A DNA stretch of 64,000 nt from assembly GCF_001194135.2 (NCBI RefSeq), contig NC_068987.1, positions 13,213,980 to 13,277,979 of the forward strand, given 5' to 3'. Made by a program: the position numbers and the translations under genes. The notes under the pieces were generated by a model that was not told where the DNA came from, ran no database searches, and saw only the letters and a program-made list of their open reading frames with translations. Below, piece after piece: positions 1-14,138 of the stretch. The first letter of the stretch is position 1. Each line of letters opens with the position of its first letter. This DNA comes from Octopus bimaculoides (Eukaryota).

Positions 1-278
1 TGTATATATATATATATGTGTGTGTGTGTGTATGTATGTATGTGTATGTATATATGTGTATATATGTATATGTGTATATATGTATATGCGTATGTATATA
101 TGTGTATATGTGTATGTATACATGTGTATATAGGTATATGTGTATGTATACATGTGTATATAGGTATATGTGTATGTATACATGTGTATATAGGTATATG
201 TGTATGTATACATGTGTATATAGGTATATGTGTATGTAGGTATATGTGTATGTATATATGTGTATATATGTATATATA
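1..278. repeat. TA/TG microsatellite containing a 30-bp minisatellite
   Basis: Unit GTATATGTGTATGTATACATGTGTATATAG repeated about 4 times (~104-237) within (TATG)n-type sequence. Confidence 0.9.
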
Positions 279-299
279 AGAACGGAACGAATTCAATAA

Positions 300-447
300 A
301 AGCATCTAAATATGAAACATGATGAAAATTGTTCAAACTGAAGTCCTTCTTGAGCGACACATTTTTCTATTTGAGTTAATACAGAATTACAGATGGTATT
401 TATGGAATTTTGATTTACTGTCTGGACCAACCCTGTATACACATATA
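300..447. mobile_element. Possible Tc1/mariner-type DNA transposon end
   Basis: Ends in ...CCAACCCTG-TA (reverse TA-CAGGGTTGG), similar to mariner-class termini; partner end not found. Confidence 0.3.
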
Positions 448-692
448 TATATAAAATGGTTCAATGACTCAGCATACACACGCACACACACATATGTCTT
501 TGTAAACAGAAGCCATAAGGAGTTCCAGTTTACTCTAGTAAACTGCAGGAAATGTTATATACAACCAAATTCCTCCTTTGATGGGCCTAGGGAAAGTAGT
601 TAAAAACATACCACTCCTTCTTGGAATTATAGAGTTTACAGTGTTACCCCATCAACCCATGGTTACTATAATGCATCAAGCTAATTTTACTA

Positions 693-1110
693 CTGGCATG
701 GCTGTATGGGAAACAAGATTGCTTCCCAATCACTTGGTTGCAAGTTTAGAACCACTGCACAGCCCCCCCTGGGCTAGTGTCTTCTACTGTAGCCCTGAAC
801 TGACCAAAGCTTTGTGAATGGATTTGAGAAAAGGAAATTGAAAGGAACCCATCGGCTCGTGTGTGTGTGTTTCATTATTTTGACATTGGATGACAGTTGT
901 AAATGTGTAAATGATTGTCCCTGCCATACAAGTCATTTTCCAGTATTCTGCAAAAGCATATTTGGCCATGGGGAAACATTGCCTTGAATGGAAACAGCTG
1001 AGGGTTGATTACAGGAAGGGCATCCATCTGTAGAAAATCTGCTTCAATGAAATTCTGTCTGACCCATGTAAATGCAGAAAAAAAGTAAACATTAAATGAT
1101 GTTGATGACA
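693..1110 (+). mobile_element. SINE A2 (family-A head with LINE-type (GAT)n tail), degenerate
   Basis: Head matches other A copies; 3' part AGGAAGGGCATCC..TGTAGAAA..GACCCATG..(GAT)n is shared with family C. Confidence 0.75.
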
Positions 1111-1982
1111 TCTGAGGAATAATGTCTTCATTGAAATTAGTTATTAGCATTGTTCTTTGATTCCAGCAGAAAATATGAATTTAATAGATTATGCACACAT
1201 ACAGGCATGCACGCACACAGACACACACACACACACACAGATGCATAGACAGAAACAAGTGAGCTCAGATGTATACATAAACATAGATTTTAGCAGAAGG
1301 CATGTTAATTTTGTGAATAGCTAATGCACAGGAACTGGAAAGGTTACTATATCCTCCTATTCATTCAAATTCATTATCATCCAAAGAACAGATGGTACTG
1401 TCAGTGGTATACCTATGTGTGATGTTACTTGTCTGCTTGCTTGTTCCATATTCAAATCTTGTAGTTTCATATGCCACCTCAACTGCAGCAGCTAAGTGCT
1501 TCTAATGGAACACCAGAATATTATGATACATTAGTCACATTGACTTAAATAGTTGTGAAGCTGAAGCTGTGGAGGATGATAAAAGATAAGGGAGACAAAC
1601 CTTCAAGTGTTACTACAGATCTTCTGTAGGTCAAGGTAAATGCAATTTCTGAAAGAACATGTTTGCATCTCCACCAAGAATTTACACCACAGAGTACTTC
1701 CTGGGCTATTAGATAAGAGAATGTAATGGATTTAAGATTAAGATTAGGTGTTAAAAGTATAAGCGAATTCTGAATCTTTTCGCCATATGTTGCTAGGAAT
1801 ATCCTTTTATTTGATCCAGTCGTTGATTGTGCATGCTGGGGCACTACTTTGAAGGCATTTTATGTGGTTTTCTTTTTGTCAATCAACCAAATTGACCCCA
1901 GTGTTTATTTTAAGTATGGTAAGTTGCAGGGACATAAACAAGCCTCTGTGTGTGTGTGTGTGTGTGCGTGTGTGCGCGTGTA

Positions 1983-2137
1983 TCATCATCATAATCATTA
2001 CTTAACGTCCTTTTTTCCATGCTAGCATGGGTTGGGCAGTTTGATAAAAAAAAAGACAAGCTAGAGGTCTCTGTCAGGTTTCATGTCTGCTTTGGCATTA
2101 TTTCTACAGCTGGATGCCCTTCCTAATGCCAGCCACA
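1983..2137 (-). mobile_element. Family C LINE 3' end fragment
   Basis: Reverse complement of the C 3' end with (CAT)n tail. Confidence 0.75.
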
Positions 2138-2350
2138 AGCTGGCAGAATCATTTAGCATGCTGGACAAAATGCTTAGCAATATTTCGCCGTCGCTACATT
2201 CTGAGTTCAAATTCCGCCAAGGTTGACTTTGCTTTTCATCCTTTTGGGGTCAATAAAATAAGTACCAGTTGAACACTGGGGATCGATGCAATCATCTCAT
2301 CCCTACCTCCCCCAAGCTGCCCTTGTGGCAAAAATTTGAAATAATTATTA
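2138..2350 (+). mobile_element. SINE B
   Basis: AGCTGGCAGAA head, GAGTTCAAATTCC B-box, CTTTTCATCCTTT..AAGTACCAG core; over 15 copies in window. Confidence 0.85.
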
Positions 2351-3117
2351 TCAACAGCAGCAGTAGGGGCTTCTATGAGGGGGAAAAAGTGTAGTATAGG
2401 ATAAGATTTTGAATGAGTTGAATTAGGGTGCTTAACTGGGTAGAAATGGGAGCCAGTAAAAGCAAGAAATATAAGTACTTTGAAGACAATATGTTCTAGA
2501 GACATGCAGTTCTAAGAATGAAAGGTTATGTGTACTATTGATTTTGGTCTCTAGAAAGGAAGAAAGCGGGAGAAGGGAAGGATAATGGCAGAGGTAAGTG
2601 AATGAAAAGGCAAGAAACAAGGACAAAGGGTGAGGGTGGGTGGATGGAGGTTGTTTTAGCTTCTTCAAAGGAAAGGAAAATTGTAGTTTGAGTAGAAACA
2701 AGCATAGAAGTGAGGCATGACAGTGATAGACTAAGTGTTGGTGTCTGCTTTGTCTTGGGAATTCTTTCATTTATTTATTTATTCTTTTTTTTTTTTTCTT
2801 TTTTTGAGTCATTAGACTGCAGTTTATCTGTGATGTTTCAAGTAAATATATTAATCTCCTCTGGAACAGTTCTCTTGCAATATATTTTGAAATTTTTTTC
2901 TTCTGTTCTTTCTTCTCTATCTTGAACTTGGACAGTTATAATTCGTTACATTGATGCATTGCCCCCATCTTGTTTCTATAGATAGATCGTATTTGTAGTT
3001 ATGCTTGATACCAGCATGTTAATAGCCATCAATTTCTGCAATAGATATAAAGAATTAGTGTCTTAATGATGCATAGGGTAGTGTTCCAATATGGCCACCA
3101 AGGAGGAAAGTGTTTAT

Positions 3118-3315
3118 AATCATTTCTACTATTAGCACAAGGCCTGAAATTTTGGAGGAAAGAGTTTGTGGATTATATCAACCCTAGTGCTCAACTGGTA
3201 CCTATTTTATTGATCCCAAAAGACTCAGAGGCAAAAACAACCTAAATGGAATTTCAACTCAGAATTAAAGCCAGAAGAGTGCTACGAAGCATTTCGTCTG
3301 GCATGCTAATGACTG
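3118..3315 (-). mobile_element. SINE B, degenerate
   Basis: Similarity to other B copies. Confidence 0.7.
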
Positions 3316-3741
3316 TTTTGGAAAGAGTTAATAAGGATTTGAATTCTAGTGTGAATAATTTTTACCCTCATTCTACAACATTCCTTAACTTCTTCCAGGT
3401 ACAATCACCTGAAACCATTTCTGGTTTAATGATACAAAACTTGTTTTAAAAATGTTCACATCTAGATTAAACCAGTTCATCATAATTTTATGTGAGAACT
3501 TTTTGTTAGATCATGATCTAAACACTAGTATATAAATAGGTGTTAATTTGCTAAAGCTTTCCATTTATTATTGTTATTCAATAGTCTTATTTTCATCACA
3601 TGCTTTCGCTGCACTACTGAGCACAGCTCTGTGTGCCTTGGGTACGTACTATGGTTTGTTGTGGTGCTCTTATTTTCACTTACTATTATTATTATTATTA
3701 TTGAGTGCGCTGTGCATGTCATCAAAGTGACACTGGAGTAT

Positions 3742-4143
3742 ACTCTTACTCTTTACTCTTTTACTTGTTTCAGTCATTTGACTGTGGCCATGCTGGAGCA
3801 CTGCCTTTAGTCGAGCAAATCGACCCCAGGACTTATTCTTTGGAAGCCTAGTACTTATTCTATCGGTCTCTTTTGCCGAACCGCTAAGTTACGGGGACGT
3901 AAACACACCAGCATCAGTTGTCAAGCGATGTTGGGGGGACAAACACACACGCAAACATATACACACACATACATATATATACATATATACGACGGGCTTT
4001 CAGTTTCCGTCTACCAAATCCACTCACAAGGCTTTGGTCAGCCCAAGGCTATAGTAGAAGACACTTGCCTGAGGTGCCACACAGTGGGACTGAACCCGGA
4101 ACCATGTTGTTGGTAAGCAAGCTACTTACCACACAGCCACGCC
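3742..4143 (-). mobile_element. SINE A1, full length and young
   Basis: Near-identical to 24385-24790 and 60762-61190; internal (CA/TA)n; AAAGAGT-type tail. Confidence 0.92.
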
Positions 4144-4508
4144 TACGCCTATAATTTATTATTATTATTATTCTCATTATTATTATTGTCATTATTATTA
4201 TTATTCTCATAAAGTCTAGTACTTAATCTGTTGGTCTCTTTTGCTAAACAGCTAAGTTATGAGGATGTAAACAAACCAGTGCCAGCTGTCAAATAGTGTG
4301 GAGGACATGCATGAACATGTGTACATGCGCACACACAGACTTACAACAGGCTTCTTTTAGTTTCCATCAACCAGATTCACTCACAAGGTTTTGGTTGGAC
4401 CAGGGCTTTTATAGAAGACACCCGAGGTACCACACAATATAGGTTGAACCCAAAACTACGTCAACATTGGTTGTCAAGCGATGGTGGGGCGACAAACACA
4501 GACACATA

Positions 4509-4561
<53 letters not shown>

Positions 4562-4692
4562 GCTTCTTTCAGTTTCCATCTACCAGTTTCCATCTACAAG
4601 GCTTTGGTTGGTCCGAGGCTATAGTTGAAGACACTTGCCCAAGGTGCCATTTTGGGATCTTTTGCAAATATCTATGTGGATAGAAGCAATAG

Positions 4693-5066
4693 GCACAGAT
4701 GTGGCTGTGTTGTAAGAAGCTGGCTTCACAACTACATGGTTCCAGGTTCAGTCCCACTGCATGGTACCTTGTAGCTAATGTCTTCTATTATAGCTTTGGG
4801 CCTTGTGAGAAAGCCTAATGAGTAGATTTGGTTGACAGAAACTGAAAAATGTCCGTAATATGTGTGTGTGTGTGTTTGTCCTCCACCATCGCTTGACAAC
4901 CAATGTTGGTGTGTTTGTCTCTGGTTCAGCAAAAAAAGACACCAATGGACTAAGTACCAGTACTTTAAAAAAAAAAATTAGTACTGGGGTCGATTCATTC
5001 AACTAAAATTCTTCAAAGCAGGGTCCCAACATGGCCACAGTCTAATGACTGAAACAAGTAAAAGTT
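4693..5066 (+). mobile_element. SINE A1
   Basis: Head, internal (TG)n and tail all present. Confidence 0.85.
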
Positions 5067-5619
5067 AAAAAAAAAAAAAAGGATAAGAAAACCCTTTGTA
5101 ATAATCGTGTCTACTGAGAAAATGGTATTGATTTCATTTTGCGAAAATTACAATAGTGTCACTCCTTGCTACTATATAATACCTAGAATATCTGTTTACT
5201 GTGTCAGAATTGCTCATCAGGTAACATAAAAAGATCACATACCACACCTGTGTCTTTTTTTCTGACACAGCTAATTTTTATAGTGTAATAAGAAGCGAAA
5301 AGTACTGAAAAAAAAAAAGGCAATAAAAACAAATCAGAAAATGTGTGTGACTAAACTGATTTATTATCAAACTTATGACACAACAGTGAAAAAATAACCA
5401 TATTGTTGCTGTTGTTGTTGTTGTTGAACCCCCCCCCCCCNNNNNNNNNNNNNNNNNNNNNNNNNNNNNNNNNNNNNNNNNNNNNNNNNNNNNNNNNNCC
5501 CCCCCGCAGTCAGCTCTTGACAGGACTACACTGGCTTAAAAACCAAGGACATTCTCACTAGGACATCCTATCTTTTTACATGGAGGTGTCTTTCAGACTA
5601 TATTTCTATCTCCTTCATT

Positions 5620-5850
5620 GTTATACACACATACATACACACACACACACACATACATCCATTATGTATACTTCTATGCACACACACACACACACACACA
5701 CACATCCATTATGTATACTTCTATGCANNNNNNNNNNCATTATGTATACTTCTATGCACACACACACACACACACACACATCCATTATGTATACTTCTAT
5801 GCACACACACACTCACACACACACACACTCATACACACACACACACTCAT
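5620..5850. repeat. Tandem repeat CATCCATTATGTATACTTCTATG(CA)n
   Basis: At least 4 copies; spans a 10-N gap, so copy number may be an assembly artefact. Confidence 0.8.
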
Positions 5851-6364
5851 GTGTGTCTACATAGGACTACGTTATCTAATGTGTCCTTCGTTACTTGTAA
5901 GATGATAGGTGTAATTTAAGGAAGATTTGGCTGTTATATCAAACAGGTGAAGCAATTGTGTACAAGCTCCCAGTATGAATGCTCACTAGTCATGTGGTAT
6001 TTTTTTCTTTTTCTTTTTACTGTGATATTGGTATTGATTATTTTATGTTGACCTAACAACTTAAACTTTAAGGTTGGTGGTATTAGGAAATGTATCATTC
6101 ATTCTTTTCTGAGAAGCCTAAATGGGTTGGCATAAATAAAATGTGTGACCAGGATGTGATCAGGAATTTAAAAAGTAATCGTTTGTAAAAAGCACAAAAG
6201 AAGTTTCTGTTTGGCAATTTCTGTAAAAAAAAATTTTTCTTTTTTTTTTTTCTTCAGCATAATCATTTCATTTTCATTTTCATTTCATCTAGTTTCAGCT
6301 CATGAGCTGTGACCATGCTGGGGCACCGCCATTTATGCATTTTTTTTTTTTGTGTGTGTGTGTT

Positions 6365-6745
6365 GAGAAGTCCCTGACCCCCCTGGGGTTTGTCGGGGTG
6401 CTGCAGCCATGCAGAGTATCTAGGGTGAGAAAGCCCGGCAGAGCCCATCCCTCTCCAGGCTACACTCACTTCTACAGCTGGGTGGACTGGAGCAACATGA
6501 AATGAAGTATGTTGCTCAAGAACACAATGGATCACCCGGTCCATGAATTGAAATCACAATCTTACAATGGTGAGTCCAACATCCTAACCACTGCGCGTTG
6601 TGCCTCCACTAGTGATACTCATTTCTACAGCTGAGGGAACTGGAGCAATGTGAAGTGAAGTGTCTTGCTCAAGAACACAACGCATCACCTAGTCCAGAAA
6701 TCGCAACCACAATTTTACAATTGTGAGTCCAACGCCCTAACCATT
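6365..6745 (-). mobile_element. Two tandem SINE E-type heads, one with a variant GC-rich body
   Basis: CTCA(C/T)TTCTACAGCTG..GGAGCAA..TTGCTCAAGAACACAA occurs twice and matches the head of 27216-27550. Confidence 0.7.
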
Positions 6746-6866
6746 AAACCACACTGTGTATATGTGTATGTATGTGTATGTAAGTATATGTATGTATGAG
6801 TATACACATACATTCACACACAAATACATACATACACAAAAAAATACATAAACATAAACAAATCAG

Positions 6867-7210
6867 CCCTTCAGCATTTAACCCTTTTGTTACCGTATTT
6901 ATTTTGAGATGCTCTGTTTCTTTCAATTACTTTAAATATAACAAAGAATTTAGTAAAATAACTTAGTTATCATTAAGCTAGTGTTAGGAACATAAATTGT
7001 GACTAAGGTTTGGTGGAAGATTTTAATTCAGAACTTATGAAAACAAGACATTTGTACTCAGAGCCTGAGCCAGTTTCAGCCAGCTTGGTAACGAAAAGGT
7101 TAAACTGGCTGTATCTGGCTGAAATATTCTTCTTGTTTTATGCTCAAATTGGCCAGGTCCAGCCTCTCACATCTACTCTATAATGTTAGCCTAAAAAATG
7201 TAGTCACATA
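6867..7210. mobile_element. piggyBac-type MITE family 2, interrupted by MITE 1
   Basis: CCCTTCAGCAT-TTAA[insert]TTAA-ACTGGC.. is collinear with copies at 16491-17063 and 40005-40190. Confidence 0.7.
6882..7099. mobile_element. piggyBac-type MITE family 1
   Basis: TTAA at 6878-6881 and 7100-7103; TIRs CCCTTTTGTTACC / GGTAACGAAAAGG. Confidence 0.85.
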
Positions 7211-7740
7211 AGTGGTCGATTTTTTTTCAACTAAATCCTTCAACACGGTGCCCCAGCATGGCCGCTGTCCAATGACTGACACTAGTTACAAAGAATTATT
7301 TAAAATATGCAATGGAACATTTCTTCATGACTTTGCTATTTCTTATCTTCGTTACAAATGTTTGTGACGAGAACTTGATAGCTCTTTTATATTCCTCTCT
7401 ATGTCCTCTGGTTTCAGTGCCAACTAGTAACCATACTTTTTATCTCCTTCATAAAACAAGTTGCCACTCTCTGTGTGGTATTTTGTAAAGTATCCGATTA
7501 ATCATTCTTTTGAAATTAGTTCTATGTTAACTTCATCTATTGATATAAATCATTTTTATTCATGTAGGTTCATCTACCTCTTTGTCTATTTGTCTAGTCT
7601 ATGTCTGTCTTTCTCTCTGTCAGGCTGTCTATCCATCTGTCTGTCTGTTTGTCTCACTGTTTGTCTGTCTATGTATCTATCTATCTGTCTGTCTCTATAT
7701 CGAGAGAGAGAGAGAGAGAGAGAGAGATCTATATAGATAG

Positions 7741-7785
<45 letters not shown>

Positions 7786-9588
7786 ATGCCCCCGGACAGT
7801 CAACCTTGGCAGAATGTGAAGACAGGCAAAATACCATTCAGCATGTTGCCCGATGTACTAACAGTTCGGCCAACTTTCCGTCTTTGAACTGGTAATAACA
7901 TTGCAATTAGTACCATAGATGTATGGCGGGCCAAGCTATCCTACATACAACAAAGGGTTAGATGTTATTTGAGCATTAACAGCAGTAGTTAAATATATTT
8001 AGTTTGATTTTTAGCTGAGCAGCGTTTGCCATTCCTAATTGTGATGAATTTTTTGTTATCACGTAGAATATGATAACAGTAACATAATGTATTTGCTTTG
8101 TACACAATTGCAAACAGGTTGGTCTTATCACTTTCGTATATCACAACTTTGTGGTTATTTGTTAGTTCCTGCAGAGCGAGTTTAAAATTCTTGTTAAGTG
8201 CAATATTGTTGCAGTTATATCTATTTGGTTTTCATGAGTAAACCTGAAATCAGGTGGATGTGACTCAAGCTTCTTAGCCACACAGCTATGTGCTTGTTCA
8301 CATATATGTTTGTGTGTGTATATATATATATTTGTGTCCTTTTAGTCAACAGACACCTTTTGTTATTCTTGTTTGTATGTGTAATCATATAACATTTTCT
8401 CCATTTTCTCGTTTTTTTTTTGTTTTTTTTTTTTCCGTGTTGGTGCACATATTCACTTACTTTCTTCCAAAAATTTAATGCCTTTAGCTTAGATTTTTGG
8501 GGGTCTACCAATTTTGAACAGACTCAGGTGTAACAGGCCGAAACTGTAATGATGACCGGAAGCTTGACTGATGACTAGAAAACCACAAATGTTCCGTCCT
8601 GGTTTTCCTGTCCATCTTTGTATCGTCCATCTGTCCATATGTTTTTATTGTCATCTGTTACATTCTTGTTCTGGTTTTATATATATATATATATATATAT
8701 NNNNNNNNNNNNNNNNNNNNNNNNNNNNNNNNNNNNNNNNNNNNNNNNNNNNNNNNNNNNNNNNNNNNNNNNNNNNNNNNNNNNNNNNNNNNNNNNNNNN
8801 NNNNNNNNNNNNNNNNNNNNNNNNNNNNNNNNNNNNNNNNNNNNNNNNNNNNNNNNNNNNNNNNNNNNNNNNNNNNNNNNNNNNNNNNNNNNNNNNNNNN
8901 NNNNNNNNNNNNNNNNNNNNNNNNNNNNNNNNNNNNNNNNNNNNNNNNNNNNNNNNNNNNNNNNNNNNNNNNNNNNNNNNNNNNNNNNNNNNNNNNNNNN
9001 NNNNNNNNNNNNNNNNNNNNNNNNNNNNNNNNNNNNNNNNNNNNNNNNNNNNNNNNNNNNNNNNNNNNNNNNNNNNNNNNNNNNNNTATATATATATATA
9101 TATATGCATATAAAGAAGCCAGAATATGGAGGAATATCGATGAACAACAATTGACTTACATCAATTATTACTTATTAATTCAATACAAATAGACTACATC
9201 CCATCTAACAACTGTTTCTGCTTCCAGTGTTGTATGGTATTGTCATTGACATGCTAAAATATTTACCTATAATTTATGAGCATAGTATGCTGATATACCC
9301 ATGGTTAAACATAGATAATATACCGGTAGTGTAATGGTACTTCTATCCCTTAAACGGCTGTTTTAACCTCTAACTCAGCTAACCTTTGGCGTTTGGAAGG
9401 GCATCCAACTGTAGAAACTTTGCCAGATCAGATTGGAGACTGGTGACGAGCACAACAAAGACGATGATGACAACAACCCCAACAATGATGATGATGATGA
9501 CAACGACCACAACAAGGATGATGATGATGAGATGCACATGAACCTGGACAACAATTTTTTTGTTTATCTTATTTAGCAAGATATTTAA

Positions 9589-9799
9589 CCCTTAGGAAAC
9601 GACAGGGCCATTATATCAGCTGAAAATCTAAATGACACGATTGTATTAGTTCATTCAATTTCCTACAAGAATATACATAGTTTTACATTTGTAAAGTAAT
9701 TTATTTTTTATAATTCTTTTTGAAAAATAAGTGCATGCCCTCCCTCTGTAGGGCTTCTGAAAAGGGCTCCACCTTCTATGTACTGAAACTCCAAATGGG
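9589..9799. mobile_element. piggyBac-type MITE family 3
   Basis: TTAA-CCCTTAGGA ... TCCAAATGGG-TTAA. Confidence 0.65.
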
Positions 9800-11695
9800 T
9801 TAATGACTGAGAGAGCACAATGGTTATATAAATAATCTATGCTTTTGACTTCCGTGTCTCTTGTGAAATACACAGAACTGGAAAATTGGGAAGCCTAGAC
9901 ATTCCCCTACCCCTACCCCTACCCCCCACCATCCCACTGCCTGCAATTATTTCATTTATTTATTTGTCTGTCTGTCACGGATGAAAGGGCAGCACTCCTG
10001 ACCCCNNNNNNNNNNNNNNNNNNNNNNNNNNNNNNNNNNNNNNNNNNNNNNNNNNNNNNNNNNNNNNNNNNNNNNNNNNNNNNNNNNNNNNNNNNNNNNN
10101 NNNNNNNNNNNNNNNNNNNNNNNNNNNNNNNNNNNNNNNNNNNNNNNNNNNNNNNNNNNNNNNNNNNNNNNNNNNNNNNNNNNNNNNNNNNNNNNNNNNN
10201 NNNNNNNNNNNNNNNNNNNNNNNNNNNNNNNNNNNNNNNNNNNNNNNNNNNNNNNNNNNNNNNNNNNNNNNNNNNNNNNNNNNNNNNNNNNNNNNNNNNN
10301 NNNNNNNNNNNNNNNNNNNNNNNNNNNNNNNNNNNNNNNNNNNNNNNNNNNNNNNNNNNNNNNNNNNNNNNNNNNNNNNNNNNNNNNNNNNNNNNNNNNN
10401 NNNNNNNNNNNNNNNNNNNNNNNNNNNNNNNNNNNNNNNNNNNNNNNNNNNNNNNNNNNNNNNNNNNNNNNNNNNNNNNNNNNNNNNNNNNNNNNNNNNN
10501 NNNNNNNNNNNNNNNNNNNNNNNNNNNNNNNNNNNNNNNNNNNNNNNNNNNNNNNNNNNNNNNNNNNNNNNNNNNNNNNNNNNNNNNNNNNNNNNNNNNN
10601 NNNNNNNNNNNNNNNNNNNNNNNNNNNNNNNNNNNNNNNNNNNNNNNNNNNNNNNNNNNNNNNNNNNNNNNNNNNNNNNNNNNNNNNNNNNNNNNNNNNN
10701 NNNNNNNNNNNNNNNNNNNNNNNNNNNNNNNNNNNNNNNNNNNNNNNNNNNNNNNNNNNNNNNNNNNNNNNNNNNNNNNNNNNNNNNNNNNNNNNNNNNN
10801 NNNNNNNNNNNNNNNNNNNNNNNNNNNNNNNNNNNNNNNNNNNNNNNNNNNNNNNNNNNNNATATATATATATATATATATATATAGTGTGTGTGTGTGT
10901 GTGCAAGTATGTATGCACAACCAGAAGGGGAAAGGTCTTTTCTCACTCCCCCCTCATTCTCACTCTCTCTCTCTTGATTATTCCTTCATGACTCCAACAA
11001 GGCTATCAGGTTATGATATTTTCATAATGTCCCTTATTATCTTTCCATACTTCCTACCTAATATCTGCCATTGTTCTTTGTACTGTCTAATTCATCTATG
11101 TGTTGACGCTGGTGGTGCTGGTGGAGGCAACGGTGTCTGCAGCAGCAACAACACTAGTGGAAGCAGCAGGGGCTAGTTACTGGCAGAAATGTTGTGTAAT
11201 CAACAGAACAATTATACATAGAGTAAAATAATTTTAGATATTTTTTTTATCGCTGGCTTCCATCCCTACCTTGTTTTCTTAAAAGCAAATAAAAACGAAA
11301 AGACCTTTACAAAAATACATTCTTTTTTCATTTTATCTAGTTTCAGCTCATGAGCTGTGACCATGCTGNNNNNNNNNNNNNNNNNNNNNNNNNNNNNNNN
11401 NNNNNNNNNNNNNNNNNNNNNNNNNNNNNNNNNNNNNNNNNNNNNNNNNNNNNNNNNNNNNNNNNNNNNNNNNNNNNNNNNNNNNNNNNNNNNNNNNNNN
11501 NNNNNNNNNNNNNNNNNNNNNNNNNNNNNNNNNNNNNNNNNNNNNNNNNNNNNNNNNNNNNNNNNNNNNNNNNNNNNNNNNNNNNNNNNNNNNNNNNNNN
11601 NNNNNNNNNNNNNNNNNNNNNNNNNNNNNNNNNNNNNNNNNNNNNNNNNNNNNNNNNNNNNNNNNNNNNNNNNNNNNNNNNNNNNNNNNNNNNNN

Positions 11696-11866
11696 AAACA
11701 CACACACACACAATAGGCTTTCTCACAGTTTCCATCTCACAGGGCTTTGGTTGGTCCAAGGCTGTAGTAGAAGACACTTGCACAAAGTGCCATACAGTGG
11801 TGGGACTGAACCCAAAACCATATGGTTGCAAAGCAAACTTCTTAACCACACAGCGTGCCTGCGCCT
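11696..11866 (-). mobile_element. SINE A head
   Basis: Similarity to A copies; abuts a gap. Confidence 0.8.
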
Positions 11867-12492
11867 AGGGTTAGGGAGTGATGTAAATGACTACTTCCCT
11901 CCCCCAAATGTCAAGGTTCACACATATCTGTGCATGCACATGCACACATGTGCAACACACTTCTTGCAGTTCCTGTCCACCAAATTCCTTCACAAGGCAT
12001 TGGTCAGCTTGGGGCTACAGTAAAAAGACATTTATCCAGGATTGAACTCCAAACCATGTGATTAAAAAGGAATCTTGTTTACCATGAACCTTTGCCTGTA
12101 CTTGTGTGTGTGTGTGTGTGTTATGCTAACACTGGTCTAATATCTGTTTTTTTTTTTGTATGTGTGGTGTCCCTTCATGTTGTGTCCAACAGATTATCCT
12201 ACTACGAAGTGTTAGCTAAGGAGATCAACAACGAAGTAATCACCTGACTAAAATAAGTATCTGAGGGTCTGTATGATTGACTAAAACTGTTACAGTCAAT
12301 GTGTTCCAGCATGGCCAGAATTCAATTAAAGAACACTATATGTATATGTATGTTAGCAATTGTATAAATGTATGTCAGTGTGCTCTTACATTACAATAGC
12401 TGTCTTCTGACTGGGTACTATTTATATCCACTCTCTTCCAGCCTCTGTTTCTTGTCCTCTCTGTCTCTCTTTCTTTCAGCCTCTCTTTCTCC

Positions 12493-12527
<35 letters not shown>

Positions 12528-12904
12528 AGAATCTGTGTCCCTCTCATTATGCTCCACTTAGAGAGCTGCTTCCTGAAAGCAGATAAGAGTTTGACCTCCC
12601 ATTTGATTTTCAGAGACGTTTTTATCCCAACACTATACTGCATTATACCGCCCTGAGCTCATTCAGTTTCTCCATTTACTTGGTTGCTTAACAATGCTGT
12701 ACTATTGGCATAACAGCAAACTGATACTCACCATAATTAGTTGAGAACTTGAGATTCTATACAAATCCTGCTTGAAGTGAAAGTTCATGTATACTTATTA
12801 ATCTCTTTTTGTTGCCATATTTCTTTTGAAATACACTGCCTTTCTTTCAACATGTAATGAAAACAAGCTGCTGAAAAGGGGTTCCTCCATAGAATCTCTG
12901 GAGT

Positions 12905-13080
12905 AGGGGTAAAGACCCTCTTTGGCCATGAATGACCATGGGATTGAATCTAGAAAGTTCCCCTCTCAGATACAAGTCCTAGCAATGTTGTTTGTGGAAG
13001 ACCAATAATTGCCCATGCATAACAGTCTCCTCTCTCAATGTCACCGATGTCCATGGGAAAGGCAAAGGCCAATACAGCCT
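12905..13080 (-). mobile_element. SINE E body fragment
   Basis: Reverse complement of ~27385-27550. Confidence 0.75.
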
Positions 13081-14105
13081 TTCATTTTAACTTTGTCCTC
13101 TATTAGATAATTTGTCTATAACCCTACACCCACTCCTTTTTTGTTACTTGACCCTTTAGCTTAAGCTAAACCCCTTGTAATTTCCCCTAACATACTTACT
13201 TAGCTTGCCTTTGTGGTAGCTATTAACAGCACTGTTCTGCCAGTTATGAGGAAAAGCTGCATACATGGGGGGTATGGTTAAAATGTTCACCTCACAGCTA
13301 TGCGAATTTGGCTTCCGTCTCACTGTGTGCCCCCCCCAGGCAAGTTCGAGCTGGTATAGTCTCGAGTCAACAAATGGCTTGTGAGTGAAATTTGGTTGAC
13401 AGAAACTCTACTGAAGCCTGTCCCATGTGTGTGTGTGTGTGTGTGTGTTAACATTTATGACCTGTCACTTAGTGGTTTAACTAATAAGAATCAATAGAAT
13501 AAGTACTGGAATTATGTATGAGCACTGGGGTCAGTATGATTAAATAAATCCTTGAAAGTGGTGACCAATTTTGAGAGTAAAAGACTAAAAAAAATGCATG
13601 TAATAAAGATTACTGTACCCCCCCCCCTACACACACACACACACACACACATACATACATACACACACTGTGGTTGTATCTTAAGAACTATTCCTGAAAA
13701 TCTTTACAGTCTTTCCAGACATCATAGATTTAATTACACTCGTCTCGATCTCCCCACCCCCACTTAATCCCTCCTGTACGGTCTGCTGGGATGCTGGGAA
13801 CAGTGCTTTTCATGAAGAAATGGGTGGAGGTTGTGATGGTACAAAAAGGGAGCAGACAAACTCCCCTGTCAAATAAAATAAAATCACTTGTAAACTTTTT
13901 AACACTCTTGTTACCATATCTCTGTCGGAATACACACACCACCCTTGTTTCAACTAATTTTGAAGAATCCAGTGAAATAACTTTATCATTATTAAGCTGG
14001 TATTTTGGAACCTAGATTAACATAAAATTTCAATGAAAGGTTTTTCTGTATTTGATGGCATAAAAGATGCACAGGCATATTAGACACAGCCCAATTTCAG
14101 CAGTG

Positions 14106-14107
<2 letters not shown>

Positions 14108-14138
<31 letters not shown>

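Noticed and set aside
16-279. ORFs rich in C/V/Y/I/M or H/T
   Set aside because: Translations of TA/TG/CA microsatellites; the same applies at 23293-23593, 48014-48504 and 52378-52802.
3918-4154. Recurrent peptides such as IYQIHSQGFGRPEAIVEDTCPRCHAVGLNPEPCGW and LQLDALPNANHSESVVGAFTCH
   Set aside because: Chance frames of SINE A and family C repeated at many loci; not a gene family.
8505-8620. GGCCGAAAC and a downstream CTGATGA
   Set aside because: The upstream core is too decayed (TTGAACA) and the later CTGATGA has no stem II or GAAA; at most a weak Penelope-like relic.
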